Assembly (NCBI GenBank): GCA_951406725.2
Contig: OX597838.1
Span: 21,886,001 to 21,950,000, forward strand
DNA: 64,000 nucleotides
Origin: Octopus vulgaris
Lineage: Eukaryota
Reading direction: 5' to 3'
The notes beneath the pieces are model-generated. The model searched no databases. It was not told the DNA's origin and saw only the letters and a list, made by a program, of their open reading frames with translations. Of this stretch, positions 14,840-28,105 are shown one piece after another; within the stretch, counting starts at the first letter, position 1, and each line of letters starts with the position of its first letter. The position numbers and the translations under genes are program-made.

Positions 14840-15142
14840 CGACCCTATCCCATCATCCACTCCTTCACCTGCACCTCCAGCAATATTATCTATTGCATCT
14901 CTTGCTCTCTCTGCAATTCCTTGTATATCGGACAAACGGGACGCCGCTTGGCTGACCGGTTCGCGGAACACCTTCGTGACATCCACCTTGCGAACGACAC
15001 ACCGGTCTCACGCCATTTCCGCTCCACCGGTCACTCCTTGCAACACCTATCTGATTCCCGTTTGCGCCGTGAACAGGAATTAATCTTCTCTCTTCGCTCT
15101 TATACGCCATTTGGTCTCAACTCTCCCCCCCTCCTCATCTAA
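14840..15142 (+). pseudogene. GIY-YIG endonuclease domain fragment (PLE)
   Basis: NIIY-x-C-xx-C...YIGQT...R...EH motif. The upstream part of ORF 14672-15142 is SINE-derived and no RT is attached. Confidence 0.85.
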
Positions 15143-15462
15143 CCCCCCTCTCCCCCCTCCTCACCTATCCTTTCTCCCCCCCGACCCCTACTTCTACAGT
15201 CCTTCATCATTTCACCCCTACTCCCCTTCCCTTCTTCCCTCTTTCTCCCTCCCTCTTCCCCTTCCCTCTGCTCCCTCACTCCCTCTCTCCCTCTTTCCTC
15301 CTTCATCCCCCTCCTCCCCTTCCTTCTCCCCATCCTCTCCTCTTCCCCCTTCTCCTCCCCCTCTTCTTCCCCTCGCCTTCTCTCCCCCCTCTTCTCCCCC
15401 TCCCCCTCTTCTCCTCACTACACCACATGACTTTACACATCACATCACATATGATGTGCCAT

Positions 15463-15795
15463 ACTAGTACACACACCAACTAATACATACTAATACGTAC
15501 TAATACATACCAGTACATACTAATACTTACACCAACCCTATACATACACACGTCCAGACCCCGCATACGCACTTATACTCTCTCTCACACACACACACAC
15601 ACCTATACATACCAATACGTACTAATACATACTAATACATACTAATACATACACCAACCCCATACATACGCACGTCCAGACCAATCTTACGCACTAATAC
15701 TCTCTCATACACACACACACACACACACACCTTATACATACTAATACATACACCAACCCTATACATACACACATCCAGACCCCTCCCACGCACTT
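15463..15795 (+). repeat. ~100-120-bp tandem repeat (3 copies) in the PLE 3' region
   Basis: caccaacc(c/t)atacatac(a/g)cac(g/a)tccagacc recurs at ~15530, ~15652 and ~15751. Confidence 0.8.
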
Positions 15796-15949
15796 TTAGC
15801 TGGTCCCTCATTTTATATATTATCTCCCCTTATTTCGCTCTCGCGTCTCATATCTTTGATCTGGCCGAAATCAGATCGCCATGTTGATTCGTTAGCTACT
15901 GCACGCATTTTTTTCTCTCCTTCTTTCTGTGTTTTTCTCTCTCTGTGTA

Positions 15950-15987
15950 TCTTTCTGTTGAAGAGCGTAGGCTCGAAACGTTAAAGA
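15950..15987 (+). ncRNA. Minimal hammerhead-like motif of the PLE (A6->U variant)
   Basis: TCTTT-CTGTTGA-a-GAGC gtag GCTC-GAAA-CGT-T-AAAGA. Stem I is TCTTT/AAAGA and stem III is a loopless palindrome (AACGTT). Confidence 0.6.
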
Positions 15988-16083
15988 CTTGTTTTATTTA
16001 TATTTCCTGAGCGCCATACTATACAATTGTTCGTTTGTTTTCCACCTGCCTTCGTCTTTTGTTTATTTTCATAAAGCTTCCCG

Positions 16084-16139
<56 letters not shown>

Positions 16140-16159
16140 GTATGTATATATATGTATAC

Positions 16160-16192
<33 letters not shown>

Positions 16193-16255
16193 TGTATGTA
16201 TGTATGTATATATGTATGTATGTAATGTATGTTTGTATGTATGTATGTATATATG

Positions 16256-16286
<31 letters not shown>

Positions 16287-16368
16287 GTATGAATGTATAT
16301 ATGTATATATGTATATGTATATATATATGCATATGTATGTATAAATAAATGTGTTTGCGTGTGTGTGT

Positions 16369-16775
16369 AGGCGCCGGCATGGCTGTGTGGTAAGAAGCTT
16401 GCTTCCTAATCACCTGGTCCAGGGTTCAGTCCCACGGGTTCAGTGGCACCTTGGGCAAAGTCTTTTACGATAGCCTCAGACCGACCAAAACTTTGGGACT
16501 GGATTTGGTAGACGGAAACTGAAAGAAGCCCATTGTGCGTGTGTGTATGTATGTGTGAGTGCGTGTGTCTGTGTCTGTCCACCATCGCTGCTTGATAATG
16601 GTGTCGACGTGTTTACTATCCTGTAGCTTAGTGGTTCGGCAAAAGAAATCCGATAGAATAAATACCTGGCTTTAAAAACAGAAGACAACAACTGGGACCG
16701 ATTTACTCGACTAAAAGATTCTTCAAAGCGGTGCCCCCAGCATGGCCGCAGTTTAATGATTGAAACAAGTAAAAG
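16369..16775 (+). mobile_element. SINE family A, full length
   Basis: Runs from the head tggctgtgtggtaagaag through the tail cagcatggccgcag..tgaaacaagtaaaag. Confidence 0.85.
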
Positions 16776-17571
16776 ATAACAGAGAGCTGAATAACAACAA
16801 CAACAACAACAACAGGAACACAACAGCAACATCACTACTATCACTTTCAATTTCGTCACATTATAAACAACATTATTAACACCTTGAACACACCGAAATT
16901 TGAAGATACAAGGAACGATGAAGCTTGTACGTGATATGTTTAAGCTGTTTGGAAATGCAACGAAATCTCTTTCATCAAAGTCTTCTGCATATAATGGACA
17001 AATATCATTTTCGGTGAATTTCGAAATGGATCAGGGAAAGTGGAACCGTATTTGTGACACGGAATTGGATCAGGAAAGTAGAGTTGGATCTTTGCCACAG
17101 AATTGGGATCAGTGGAGGTGAAGGAGAACCAGGGGAATAAGCTACATTGCCAGAAGTCTAATTATAAACTGGGAAGTTATAATTGGGACTTTAGATATCG
17201 GCTTTCAGAAATCTTGGAATTTATGGCAGATTTACGCAGGAAATATCCGATGAAAGATAAAGAGGGAGAAAGCAAGAGAAAGACAGACAGACAGACAGAT
17301 AGAATAAAGGAATTAGAAAGATAGAGAGACGGCTGGAGGGTGGAACATAATAAAAGTATTGTCCAATATTCATTTCTTCCGAGAAAACAAAATTTATGAT
17401 ACGTGATTAGATATTTTCGGGAGTTCAAATGTCATTTAACTGCAACCCAGAGATACCGTATCGGAAGTTTTATTGTATATTTTTAATCTGGCGTAGATAA
17501 TGGCTACGAACTGGCAGAATCGTTAGCACGCCGGACGAAATGTTTAGCGCCACTTATGTATATACATATAT

Positions 17572-18113
17572 ATAATATAAAATCCGTTCTGCCTGTGTGT
17601 GTGTGTGTCTTCTAGGATCTCGGGCATCCTCTATCCGATTGCGCTCAAATTTGATATGTAGATATCGATTGTATCAGGGCGTTTATAAGTCTTGAAAAAA
17701 TTACAAAAATCGATTCCAGGTGAGAATGCGATCGATAAATCCGTTTTTGTTCTGCTTTCCTTCCGTCAACCTGTACATAACTGCACTTTCCATTTCTGTT
17801 GTTTTTGTACTGCTTAAAGGCACGTTTCTTTCCTGCCAAGCTTATTGTTTAAACCATGTTTGTGTTCTCCCAGTCAACAGCCTTATCATTACTGGTACTT
17901 TAAACTCTTCGGTCGCATATTTGTGTGAATAAAATCGTTTTTCTTTGGAATAGAAAAAAGTCCAACTTTATTTCTTCTTTTGCTGGTGTCTCAAATTTTG
18001 GTTAAGTCAGTGTTTCTCAAAGGAGAGGCCTATGGGACGGTCGGACAAGTTGTTTTGAGAAAATTTGGTTTAAATGTCCATTGGACGGGGGGGGGGGGGC
18101 GGCGTTTTGCTCG
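17572..18113 (+). mobile_element. Non-autonomous Helitron-like element
   Basis: 5' tataataaaatccgttctg(tgtg)...ccgattgcgctcaaattt start typical of non-autonomous Helitrons. 3' GTCC-att-GGAC hairpin followed by a CTAG-like end (gCTCGt). A second 3' end lies at 23335-23487. Confidence 0.6.
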
Positions 18114-18132
18114 TATATATATATATATATAT

Positions 18133-18223
<91 letters not shown>

Positions 18224-18487
18224 ATATGAAAGGTGCGCATTCAAAGCCAGTGAACAGCAACTGACGAAACCGGTAAGTCTTCGAATCCCTTTAACAATTC
18301 ATAATAATGACTTTTATTCCTCTTAGTTCTACCTCAGTTCATCTAATTGTATACATTTATCGTTACTGTTCATTAAAAAAAACCTTTATTTTTTGATATC
18401 CAATGTGCATTTTCGCTTTTCTTTCTTCTTCGCCATATCTCTTCCACGTGTAGTTTCTATTTTCTTTTGGAAACATATTTCTATTAT

Positions 18488-18545
<58 letters not shown>

Positions 18546-18627
18546 TCGTTTCAATATCATAAGTCAGGAGAAGAGCATACCCTGTGAAATATAGAGCTTA
18601 TTTCTGTACGTGTAACGTAAGTTTAGC

Positions 18628-18687
18628 AAAAAAACAACAACATTGGTTTCATATCTAATGTGAACTAGACATTTCTTCAGTTTTTCT
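18628..18687 (-). ncRNA. Degenerate hammerhead-like motif
   Basis: Minus strand: CTGAAGA-a-ATGTCTA gttcacat TAGATAT-GAAAC caat GT-T. Stem II has 7 bp; stem I is poor. Confidence 0.45.
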
Positions 18688-18715
18688 AAACGATAGCTGT
18701 TCTCTGCAATGAATG

Positions 18716-18756
<41 letters not shown>

Positions 18757-19177
18757 TTTGCAATATCTCATACTTAATATATGCGTGTTGTTGTTAATCG
18801 TTTGTAGTTGTTGTATTTAGTCTATTTCAGTTTTTCGAATTCGCTACGGAAAATGGCACGAGAACGTGACTCCGACAAACCGCAACAGGTTGCAGAAATT
18901 TGATCAAGGAATGGTGGATATTATAAAACATTTTCTCGATTCTTTTTTTCAATTAAAATTCTGACTTAAGTCAATAATTCCTCTGTAAACGAAGATATAC
19001 GCTAACAAATTTTGTACGCATTATTTTATAATTTTATCCTTTTTTTTTTTGGTAACGAAGATGATTTATAAGATTGTTTATATTCGAGGAAAAGAAAGAA
19101 AAACAAATTAAATTTGATAAACTAAAAATGCGTGAATGACTCTCGCTTGCGTACTAGTGCGTACTTGTTTCTGCATG

Positions 19178-19271
<94 letters not shown>

Positions 19272-19824
19272 GACTGAATATATATGTGTATATATATATA
19301 TAAATATATGTATATATATATATATATGTAAATATTTATATATATATATGTAAATGTATGCATATATATATGTATTTGAATGAATATATATGTATATATA
19401 TATGTATATATATATAGATATGTATATATATATGTATATGTATATATATATATGTATATATATATGTATGTATGTATATCTATCTATCTATATACATATA
19501 TAAATTTACATATATATACATACATGCATGCATATATATGTATGTGTGTGTGTAGATACTTGCATATATAGACGCCACACACACACATGCACTCTCGAGC
19601 TTTGTAGTGAAAATAATGCAAAAGTAGGTGTAATTCTTTTATTTACAGACAGAGCTCGTTCAGGCATAAGTTGTTAGAATAACTCTTTTACCATCGTAAC
19701 TTTTTCTTTGTCTTTCTCTTCTTTGCAAGCAAACGATTATTTTCATTCAGAAGTGATATACCATCTGTGAATTCTTCGCGAAGTGAGATACAACTTGTTT
19801 ACAGCCACCAAACCCGTCTAAGGT

Positions 19825-20133
19825 GGAGGCACATGGCCTAGTGGTTAGGGCAGCGGACTCGCGGTCGAAGGATCGTGGGATCGAATCTCAGACCGGGCGA
19901 TGTGTGTTTTTATGAGCGAAACACATAACCTCCACGCGGCTCTGGAAGAAGGTAATGGCGAACTTCTGCTGACTCTTTTGCCACAACTTTCTCTCACTCT
20001 TTCCTACTGCATCTTGCAGCTCACCTGCGACGGACCGGCGTCCCGTCCAGGGGGGGTGGGTGGAACCTATACGCCAAAGAAACCGGAAAACCGGCCCTTA
20101 TGAGCCAGGCATGGCTCGAGAAGGAACAAACAA
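19825..20133 (+). mobile_element. SINE with family C head and a different 3' module
   Basis: Head as at 6673. The tail cctgcgacggaccggcgtcccgtccagggggg...gaaaccgg differs from that of 6673 and 61019. Confidence 0.8.
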
Positions 20134-20299
20134 ACCCATCTAAGCGAATAGTTGGCTTTTGAACACACCTGAGGCCTTGAAGAGGATATATGATATATTC
20201 CGTGTACTGAACTCTTTGTGTCAGGATCATAAAGATAAACCCATGTTTGATCCTAAATCAGTCGGTCTTCAATGCTGCGGAGGTTCAAGAGAGCCAATG

Positions 20300-20730
20300 A
20301 TCTGCTCAGACGGACTTGGTGGTTGTCTCAGGTGTCATTTTTGTTTGATTTTCTGGAAAGCGGGCGTAACATGAACAACGAGCGGTACATTGAGACAGGA
20401 AGAAGAAACCAGGAGGAAGCGACCAAATAGGAATCTAAAAACTGTACATATTCACCATGGCAATGAATAACCACACACGGACACACACACATACACATTT
20501 TTGGCATTAAATCTGACAATCAGCAAACTGGGTTGTCAGGGATTCCCCCATCTGTTATACAGTCCATATATGGTGTCCTCTGACTTCAACTTGTTCGGTT
20601 TAATGATGGACAATATTTCGGGACAACAATTTAATGGCAGTGACGAGGTGAAATTACTGCACAACACTGTACACCTGAATTTTTCCAAAGAAATTTGTAC
20701 AGAAGATTTAATGATCACTTACAATAGAAA
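20300..20730 (+). pseudogene. Mariner transposase relic
   Basis: GVIFVDFLESGRNMNNERYIET and KLGCQGFPHLLYSPYMVSSDFNLFG...GQQFNGSDEVK (HPPYSPDLAPSDF-like). Confidence 0.75.
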
Positions 20731-20733
20731 CTA

Positions 20734-21251
20734 TTGAGTTATCCGGAAAGTTCGTGCCGTTTTTAAAGGAAAGAAAAAGGTCAATAAATACTTGACATTA
20801 CATTTGTAATCAATCAAATATGAACCATTTTGTTGCACAATGCGTCTCCATCTTTCTCTCTTCCCAGAATTGAGGTGGTTTCATGGCAAAGAATTATTCA
20901 TCAAGGTATCTTTTTATGCCATCCAGGGAATTGAAATTTTTACCATTAAGACTATTCTGCAGAGACCTGAATAAGTGGAAATCTGAAGGAGCAATATTAG
21001 GTGAATATGGAGCTGCAGCAATTTTTGTCTGGTTCCCAAAGCATCAAGTGTCGAAAATGAACTTTCTTATCTCCCATTTTACAGAATTAACACAGGTTAT
21101 AGGAACATAAACCTTCTTCCATGAAAAGATAGCTTAAACTGTGCTCTAAATGGAGGTGTAATCAAATCCTATTTTATGGTCTCAACCATGTTCTAAAATA
21201 AGTCGAAAGGTAAGCTACTATAAATCGGCACGAACTTTCCGGACAACCCAA
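20734..21251 (-). mobile_element. Internally deleted mariner element with TIRs and TA target-site duplication
   Basis: TIRs ttgagttatccggaaagttcgtgccg and cggcacgaactttccggacaacccaa, with TA on both sides. Minus strand encodes PYSPNIAPSDFHLFRSLQNSLNGKNF. Confidence 0.9.
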
Positions 21252-22009
21252 TATGTTGGGTAATTTCTTTATATTGAGGAAGAGTTACTCTGCCATTTTG
21301 TGCATATCTGGACAACCTACATCAATTGATATCACGTCATGTCCTCGTTTGCGTTAATGCCGACACAGATCTCGTGAATATGTGTGTGTGTGTGTGTGTG
21401 TGTGTGTACAAACTCACCCACATGAGAATGAGTCATTAATTATCTCTAAGCGGGTGACTATCGATTAATAGACACATATGCAAATCAGCAATGATTCTCC
21501 TTTTAAAACAATTCACAACAGACTTGGTTTAGCGAGGAACTGAAGTAAGCGCTGTTTATGTATCTCAACTCACAGCATAAAAAAGAAATATTTTTCTCCC
21601 GAGAGCATGAAGGAGCTTGTTGAAAGATGACCCAAAGGGGTTGAAAAGCAATGGGGCAAAATTAGATAATGTATCCCATGTCTCAGTTTGAAACATTTTC
21701 CTCCGGGGCCCCCAAAGGAATTTGTGCAAAGACAGCCCAAGGGTGTTGAAAGTCAAGGGGACTATACCCACCCATATTTTTGAGATCTATGATATTGCTG
21801 TAATAAATTTATAAAAATGAATAATAAAAACACAGGATCGATGAATGCTAATTTCGTCTAGAGCAAGCAGAAAGTGGAGCAGCCGTGGCTAATAGAATAT
21901 TAATGAAAACCCACAAAAGTAGGAGCTCGTTTTGTGCTGCGTATCAAACCATTTCATAACTGTAAAGATTTTGTGGATTATCAATCCTGTCTACTGAAGA
22001 TAGAAGGCT

Positions 22010-22197
22010 TGAAACTTTGGGGGAGGGGACTAGTCGATTGTATCGACCCCAGTGTTTCACTGGTACTTAATTTTATCAATCCCGAAAGGATAAAATGCAA
22101 AGTCGACATCAGTGGAATTTGAACTCAGAACGTAGCGACGGGCGAAATACCATTAAACATTTCGCTCGGCGCGCTAACGATTTTGCCAGCTCGCCGA
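22010..22197 (-). mobile_element. SINE family B
   Basis: Reverse complement of the 10770 family. Confidence 0.8.
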
Positions 22198-22240
22198 CTT
22201 TTTGAGGTTTATTGTTGATTTATAGTCTGTGTGGGAAGGC

Positions 22241-22600
<360 letters not shown>

Positions 22601-22984
22601 ATTATATGACTGAGCGCCTCGCGTCGCTTCGTTTCTTATCCTCCAAGTAAGTTTATATATATATATATATATATAAAGAAGTACTATTTCCGTTATTAGA
22701 AGGTAATAATAAGTTGGCTAGCAAGTTCTCGCCGTTACAGGTACAATGTAAGATAAATTTAGATTCAGTAGGGTATATAATACTACTTGCTAAAATCAGA
22801 CACAATGCTCCAAAAACCACCATAAACTCACGATAAAGATACAAACGAGCAATGCAATGAACGCATGAGAAATAGGTTTACCTTTGCGTTGAATACATCA
22901 GTAGGTAATGTATATTTCAATACCAATTGATTCCACGCTTTGCGTGACAAACATACTCTGTGTATGCATACACACACACACGAT

Positions 22985-23051
<67 letters not shown>

Positions 23052-23334
23052 CATATATATATATATATATAATATATCTTTGTTTATCCGAAGAGATGGT
23101 GGTGTGGATTTCCACCTCGGCATCCGAAACTCAGTTTTATCTTGGCTGCCGAATAATTGTCACATATTATTTTACAGATAACTTACATAATTTTGAGGTC
23201 TCTTTACATAATATTGAGGTCTCTTTCTTTCTTTTGTTATCTTACCGTGTTTACCAATATATATATATATATGTAAGTATGTATGTATGCATGTATATAT
23301 ATATATGTATGTATATATAAGCGTCTTGTATATT

Positions 23335-23487
23335 TTATTTCTTCTTTTGCTGCTGTCTCAAATTTAGGTTAAATAAGTGTTTCTCAAAGGGGAGGCCTAT
23401 GGAACGGTCGGACAAGTTGTTTTGAGAGAATTTGGTTTAAATGTTTGACAATTCAGCACCGTCCATTGGACGGGGGACGTTTTGCTC
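23335..23487 (+). mobile_element. 3' fragment of the Helitron-like family
   Basis: Near-identical to 17968-18112; hairpin CCGTCC att GGACGG. Confidence 0.7.
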
Positions 23488-23899
23488 ATTATTATTATTA
23501 CTAATACCATTAATAATACTATGTGTGTGTGTGTGTGTGTGTGTTCATATATAAGTTCTAAATTTAACTTATGTAATTCCTTTTTAGCAAGCCGTAGTAT
23601 AAAAACGATGACATTATTGTCACATTAAGTGGATTCTCTATCTTAGCCATCGATTAATCTATTCTTGCAGCTTAGTCACGGCTAATGTAGTGAAGGAAAA
23701 GCTGTCAGCAATAATCCATCGATTATTTGAACTAAGAATTTCTTCAATCACCAAAGAACTTTACGATGCCAATGCATTTTTATATAGGCATAAAAACATT
23801 GGCATATGGCAACATACTGCTATGTAAAGCGCAAAAGTATTTAAACGTAAATCACATTTACATAAATGACAATTCAGAAAGAGTACTTACAAAATGATG

Positions 23900-23959
<60 letters not shown>

Positions 23960-23962
<3 letters not shown>

Positions 23963-24091
23963 GCCCTGATGCAGTACCAGGCAGTGGCTCTCGTGGCTTC
24001 TGATCTTAATTGATTGGCAGTGTTATCCTGTACATTGTTTTGTCTTGGTATAAAAGATGGGCTACAGCAAATATTCTGCTCAATACCACAG
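23960..24091 (+). mobile_element. Fragment of a (TAA)n-associated element
   Basis: Reverse complement of ~53096-53229; begins immediately after (AAT)n. Confidence 0.8.
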
Positions 24092-24129
24092 AAAGTGTCA
24101 GCAGAAGTTCGCCATTACCATCTGCCGGA

Positions 24130-24228
24130 GGTGCTTCGCGCATAAACGCACACATCGCCCGGTCTGAGATTCGAACCCGCGATCCACCGATCGCGAGTCC
24201 GCTGCTTTAACCACTACGCCATGCGCCT
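24130..24228 (-). mobile_element. SINE family C head
   Basis: Reverse complement reads ggcgcatggcgtagtggttaaagcagcggactcgcgatcg..gggttcgaatc. Confidence 0.8.
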
Positions 24229-24247
24229 AAATATATATATATATAGT

Positions 24248-24327
<80 letters not shown>

Positions 24328-24442
24328 CACAGAAAGTGTGTCAATAGCCAGCTGGAGAAGATGTTCTCCTGGGGCTACTAGCTACAGTAGCATCCAACCT
24401 TAGTGGTTAGCCACATTTAAGTGGCATATATATATATATATA

Positions 24443-24640
24443 AACAATAGTATTAAGGAATGACCCTGACAGGTCGTTCAACTCACTTGAAAAGAGCAGC
24501 TAAACTCAAACCACAAAAATAGTAGTAATTCTGAAAACTAAAGGAGAAATAAAAACATTTATCCCTTTGCGGTTTGAGTTTAGCTGCTCTTTTCAAGTGA
24601 GTTGAACGACCTGTCAGGGTCATTCCTTAATACTATTGTT
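24443..24640. repeat. 75-bp near-perfect inverted repeat with 48-bp spacer
   Basis: 24443-24517 matches the reverse complement of 24566-24640 with one mismatch. Confidence 0.95.
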
Positions 24641-24745
24641 GAATATATTATATAGTCTGTGACTATTTCTATTTTCTCACTTGACCGCTGGTTGCAGAAA
24701 ATTTTTCTTGAATTTTTCTTGAATTTTTTTCTACCCTTATATTGA

Positions 24746-24819
<74 letters not shown>

Positions 24820-25525
24820 ATATATTTGTCTATACATATGTGTGTGTATGGCCATTTGTATATGTGTGTGTGTGTATTTGTTCTCCCCACCGCTTGACAA
24901 TCAGTACCTTTTTGTTTATGCTCCCATAACCCAGCGGTTCGGCTGCGAAACCGATAGACTAAAATGTCAGATTTTAACCAGAATAACGCTTGGAATCGGG
25001 TTGTTCGATGAAGCCTTTCAAGACGGAGCCCCCGCCATAGCCATGGCCACAGTTTCTTGGCCAAGACAAATATAGGACAAAAGAGAAAGGTCAAAGATAC
25101 TTTTGCATGTGGAGAAAGCCTACTAGTTTTCCCACGTGATCATCCATTTACTTGTCGGACAACTAGCAGTAAGGACGTTTCTCCGATAAATCAATGATTC
25201 CATTTGAAGGCATAATGAAACGGTTTGGGAAAATGTCAGCAATAGGACATTGATTATTCGATGGTTTTGTTTAATTAACAAAGAGCACAGTAACATGTTA
25301 AAGAACAGTGAAAAAAAAAAAAAGAAAAACCTTTGAAACACCGAAGGTCATTACGAGGCCAATGTGTTTATATATGGAACACTTTCGAAAGTATTTGTTT
25401 GGTATGTTGATAAAAACCAGCTGCATCTGTCTGTCTGTCTCTTTGTTGTTTGGCTATCTATTTATCTATCAGTCTGTCTGTCTATCTATCATCCTGCTTG
25501 TCTGTCTGTCTGTCTGTCTATCTAT

Positions 25526-25700
<175 letters not shown>

Positions 25701-25829
25701 CTATTTGTCTGTCTGTCTGTCTTTCTATCTGTCTGTCTTTCTATCTGTCTGTCTCTCTGCTCGACTGCCTGTCGGTTTATTTATCTATCTGTATGTCTCT
25801 GGAAATCTATTTATCAATTTATTTGTCAG

Positions 25830-25898
<69 letters not shown>

Positions 25899-25899
25899 A

Positions 25900-25960
<61 letters not shown>

Positions 25961-26005
25961 CTCTATCTATCTATCTCTGTCTCTCCACCCAACGGCTTGT
26001 CGGTC

Positions 26006-26036
<31 letters not shown>

Positions 26037-26499
26037 CTGTCTGTCTGTCTGTTTGTGTATCTGTGCATCTGTCAATCTATCTACTCACCTCTCTCACTCT
26101 ATCTACCCATCTCTCTCTCTCTCTCTCTTTCTCTTTCTCTCTCCTCTTCTTCTAGGTAGCCATCAAGAGGGAATTCCTTCTTGCTCGAATTTTTACAAAC
26201 GATAAAAACATAAGCTTATCGAAAGGAAATTAGATTCCACACAGAAATATACTGTTTTATACAATTGCTAGAAATTTGCTAGGGAAAAGAAAAAAAGAAA
26301 AAGAAAAAAAAAAAAGAAAAATCATTCGCAATGTCTTTGGAGATGCTAAATTTGCTGTGTTGCTATTTTCCTGCTTCTAATCTCGCTGAATCTGGCTCCA
26401 ACCGGCTGACGCACGAATATCTCGTAACCAACGTGATATGAAAACGTGAAGTAATTTTTCTCTATCACTAACAACACTGTAACAAGATAAGAGGCAGCA

Positions 26500-27100
26500 G
26501 GTGGCGACCTGGTAGAAACGTTAGCACGCTGGGCGAAATGCTTAGCAGTATTTCGTCTGCTGTTACGTTCTGAGTTCAAATTCCGCCGAGGTCGACTTTG
26601 CCTTTCATTCTTTCGGGGTCGATTAAATAAGTACCAGTTACGCATTGGGGTCGATATCATCGACTTAATCCGTTTGTCTGTCATTGATTGTCCCCTCTGG
26701 GTGTAGCCCCTTGTGGGTAGTAAAGAAATAGGTAACTTGTCTGTCGTTACGTTCTGAGTTCAAATTCCGCCGAGGTCGACTTTGCCTTTCATTCTTTCGG
26801 GATGGATTAAATAAGTACCAGTTACGCACTGGGGTTCGATATAATCGACTTAATCCGTTTGTCTGTCCTTGTTTGTCTCCTCTATGTTTAGCCCCTTGTG
26901 GGTAGTAAAGAAATAGGTATTTCGTCTGTCTTTACATTCTGAGTTCAAATTCCACCGAGGTCGACTTTACCTTTCATCATTTCGGGGTCGATAAATTGAG
27001 TACCAGTTGCATACTGGGGTCGATGTAATCGACTTAATACTTATGTCTGTTCTTGTTTGTCCCCTCTGTGTGTAGCCCCTTGTGGGCAATAAAGAAATAA
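26500..27100 (+). mobile_element. SINE family B trimeric concatemer
   Basis: One head, then ~185-bp units starting at ~26548, ~26732 and ~26917. Confidence 0.85.
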
Positions 27101-27254
27101 GATAAGAGTCAGAAAGTGCACACTAAATAAGGTACCAGTCATTATGTACGGTCTATGTCTCTGTTTTTAATGTTTTTTGGTAAATGAAGTACAAATTGTT
27201 TAAATTAGAGAGCAGCAGATTTTTTTTTTGTTTTTTTTCATAGCTTATCTTTTG

Positions 27255-27456
27255 CTTCCTTCTGTCATTAGACTGCGGCCATGCTGGGGCACCGCCCTGA
27301 AGAACTTTTAGCCAAATGAATCGACCTTAGTGCTTTTTGCTCTTTCAAAGCCTGGTAATTATTCTATCGATATATTATTGCCGAACCGCTATGTTACGGT
27401 ACGTAAACACACCAACACCGGTTGTCAAGCAGCGGTGAGGGACAGTAATAGACACA

Positions 27457-27516
<60 letters not shown>

Positions 27517-27791
27517 GACAAACATATTTTTTTTCTTTTATTCCTTTGCTTGTTTCAGACATTAGACTGCGGCCATGCTGGAGCACCACCTTGAAGGGTT
27601 TTAGTCGAACAAATCGACCCCAGGATTCATTTCTGTAGCTTAGTTCTTATTCTATAGGTCTTTTGTTGAACCGCTAAGTGACGTGAAAGTTAACACACAA
27701 GCACCGGTTGTGAAGCGGTGATGGAGGTACAAGAACCGGTCGTCAAGCGGTGATGGGGGACAAACACAGACACAAAGACTCACACACATAG

Positions 27792-27866
<75 letters not shown>

Positions 27867-28030
27867 CGCCTATACGATGGGCTTCTCTCAGTTTCCGTCT
27901 ACCATATGCGCTCATAAGGCTTTGGTCGGCGCAAGGCTATCGTAGAAGACGGCCCCAGCTGCCTAGCAGTGGGACTGAACTCGGAGCCATGTGGTGTAGA
28001 AGCAAGCTTTTCACCACAAAGGCACGCCTG
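27255..28030 (-). mobile_element. Cluster of SINE family A copies
   Basis: gactgcggccatgctgg repeated, plus tttccgtctacc..aggctttggtcgg. Confidence 0.75.
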
Positions 28031-28047
28031 CGACTACAATAATACTG

Positions 28048-28105
28048 TTTCCATACTGGGATTCGAACGCAGGCCGCTTGGACGAAAGCCAGGAATCCTA
28101 ACCAC
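28048..28105 (-). pseudogene. 5'-truncated tRNA-Glu(TTC) pseudogene
   Basis: Minus strand gtggttaggattcctggcTTTCgtccaagcggcctgcGTTCGAATCCcagtatggaaa resembles eukaryotic tRNA-Glu(TTC). The 5' acceptor strand is missing. Confidence 0.7.

Larger units (their letters stand above)
14840..16085 (+). mobile_element. 5'-truncated Penelope-like element: GIY-YIG endonuclease C-terminus plus 3' UTR with hammerhead
   Basis: Peptide FTCTSSNIIYCISCSLCNSLYIGQTGRRLADRFAEHLRDI...VSRHF...RREQELIFSLRSYTPFGLN is a PLE-type GIY-YIG. It is followed by a pyrimidine tract, tandem repeats and an HHR-like motif, and is flanked by TA repeats. Confidence 0.85.

Noticed and set aside
18240-18280. Hairpin followed by GAAACCGGTA
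   Set aside because: It resembles the 3' half of an HHR, but no CUGANGA lies upstream of the hairpin.
21993-22016. CTGAAGA...GAAAC
   Set aside because: It overlaps a decayed SINE B tail and has no proper stems.
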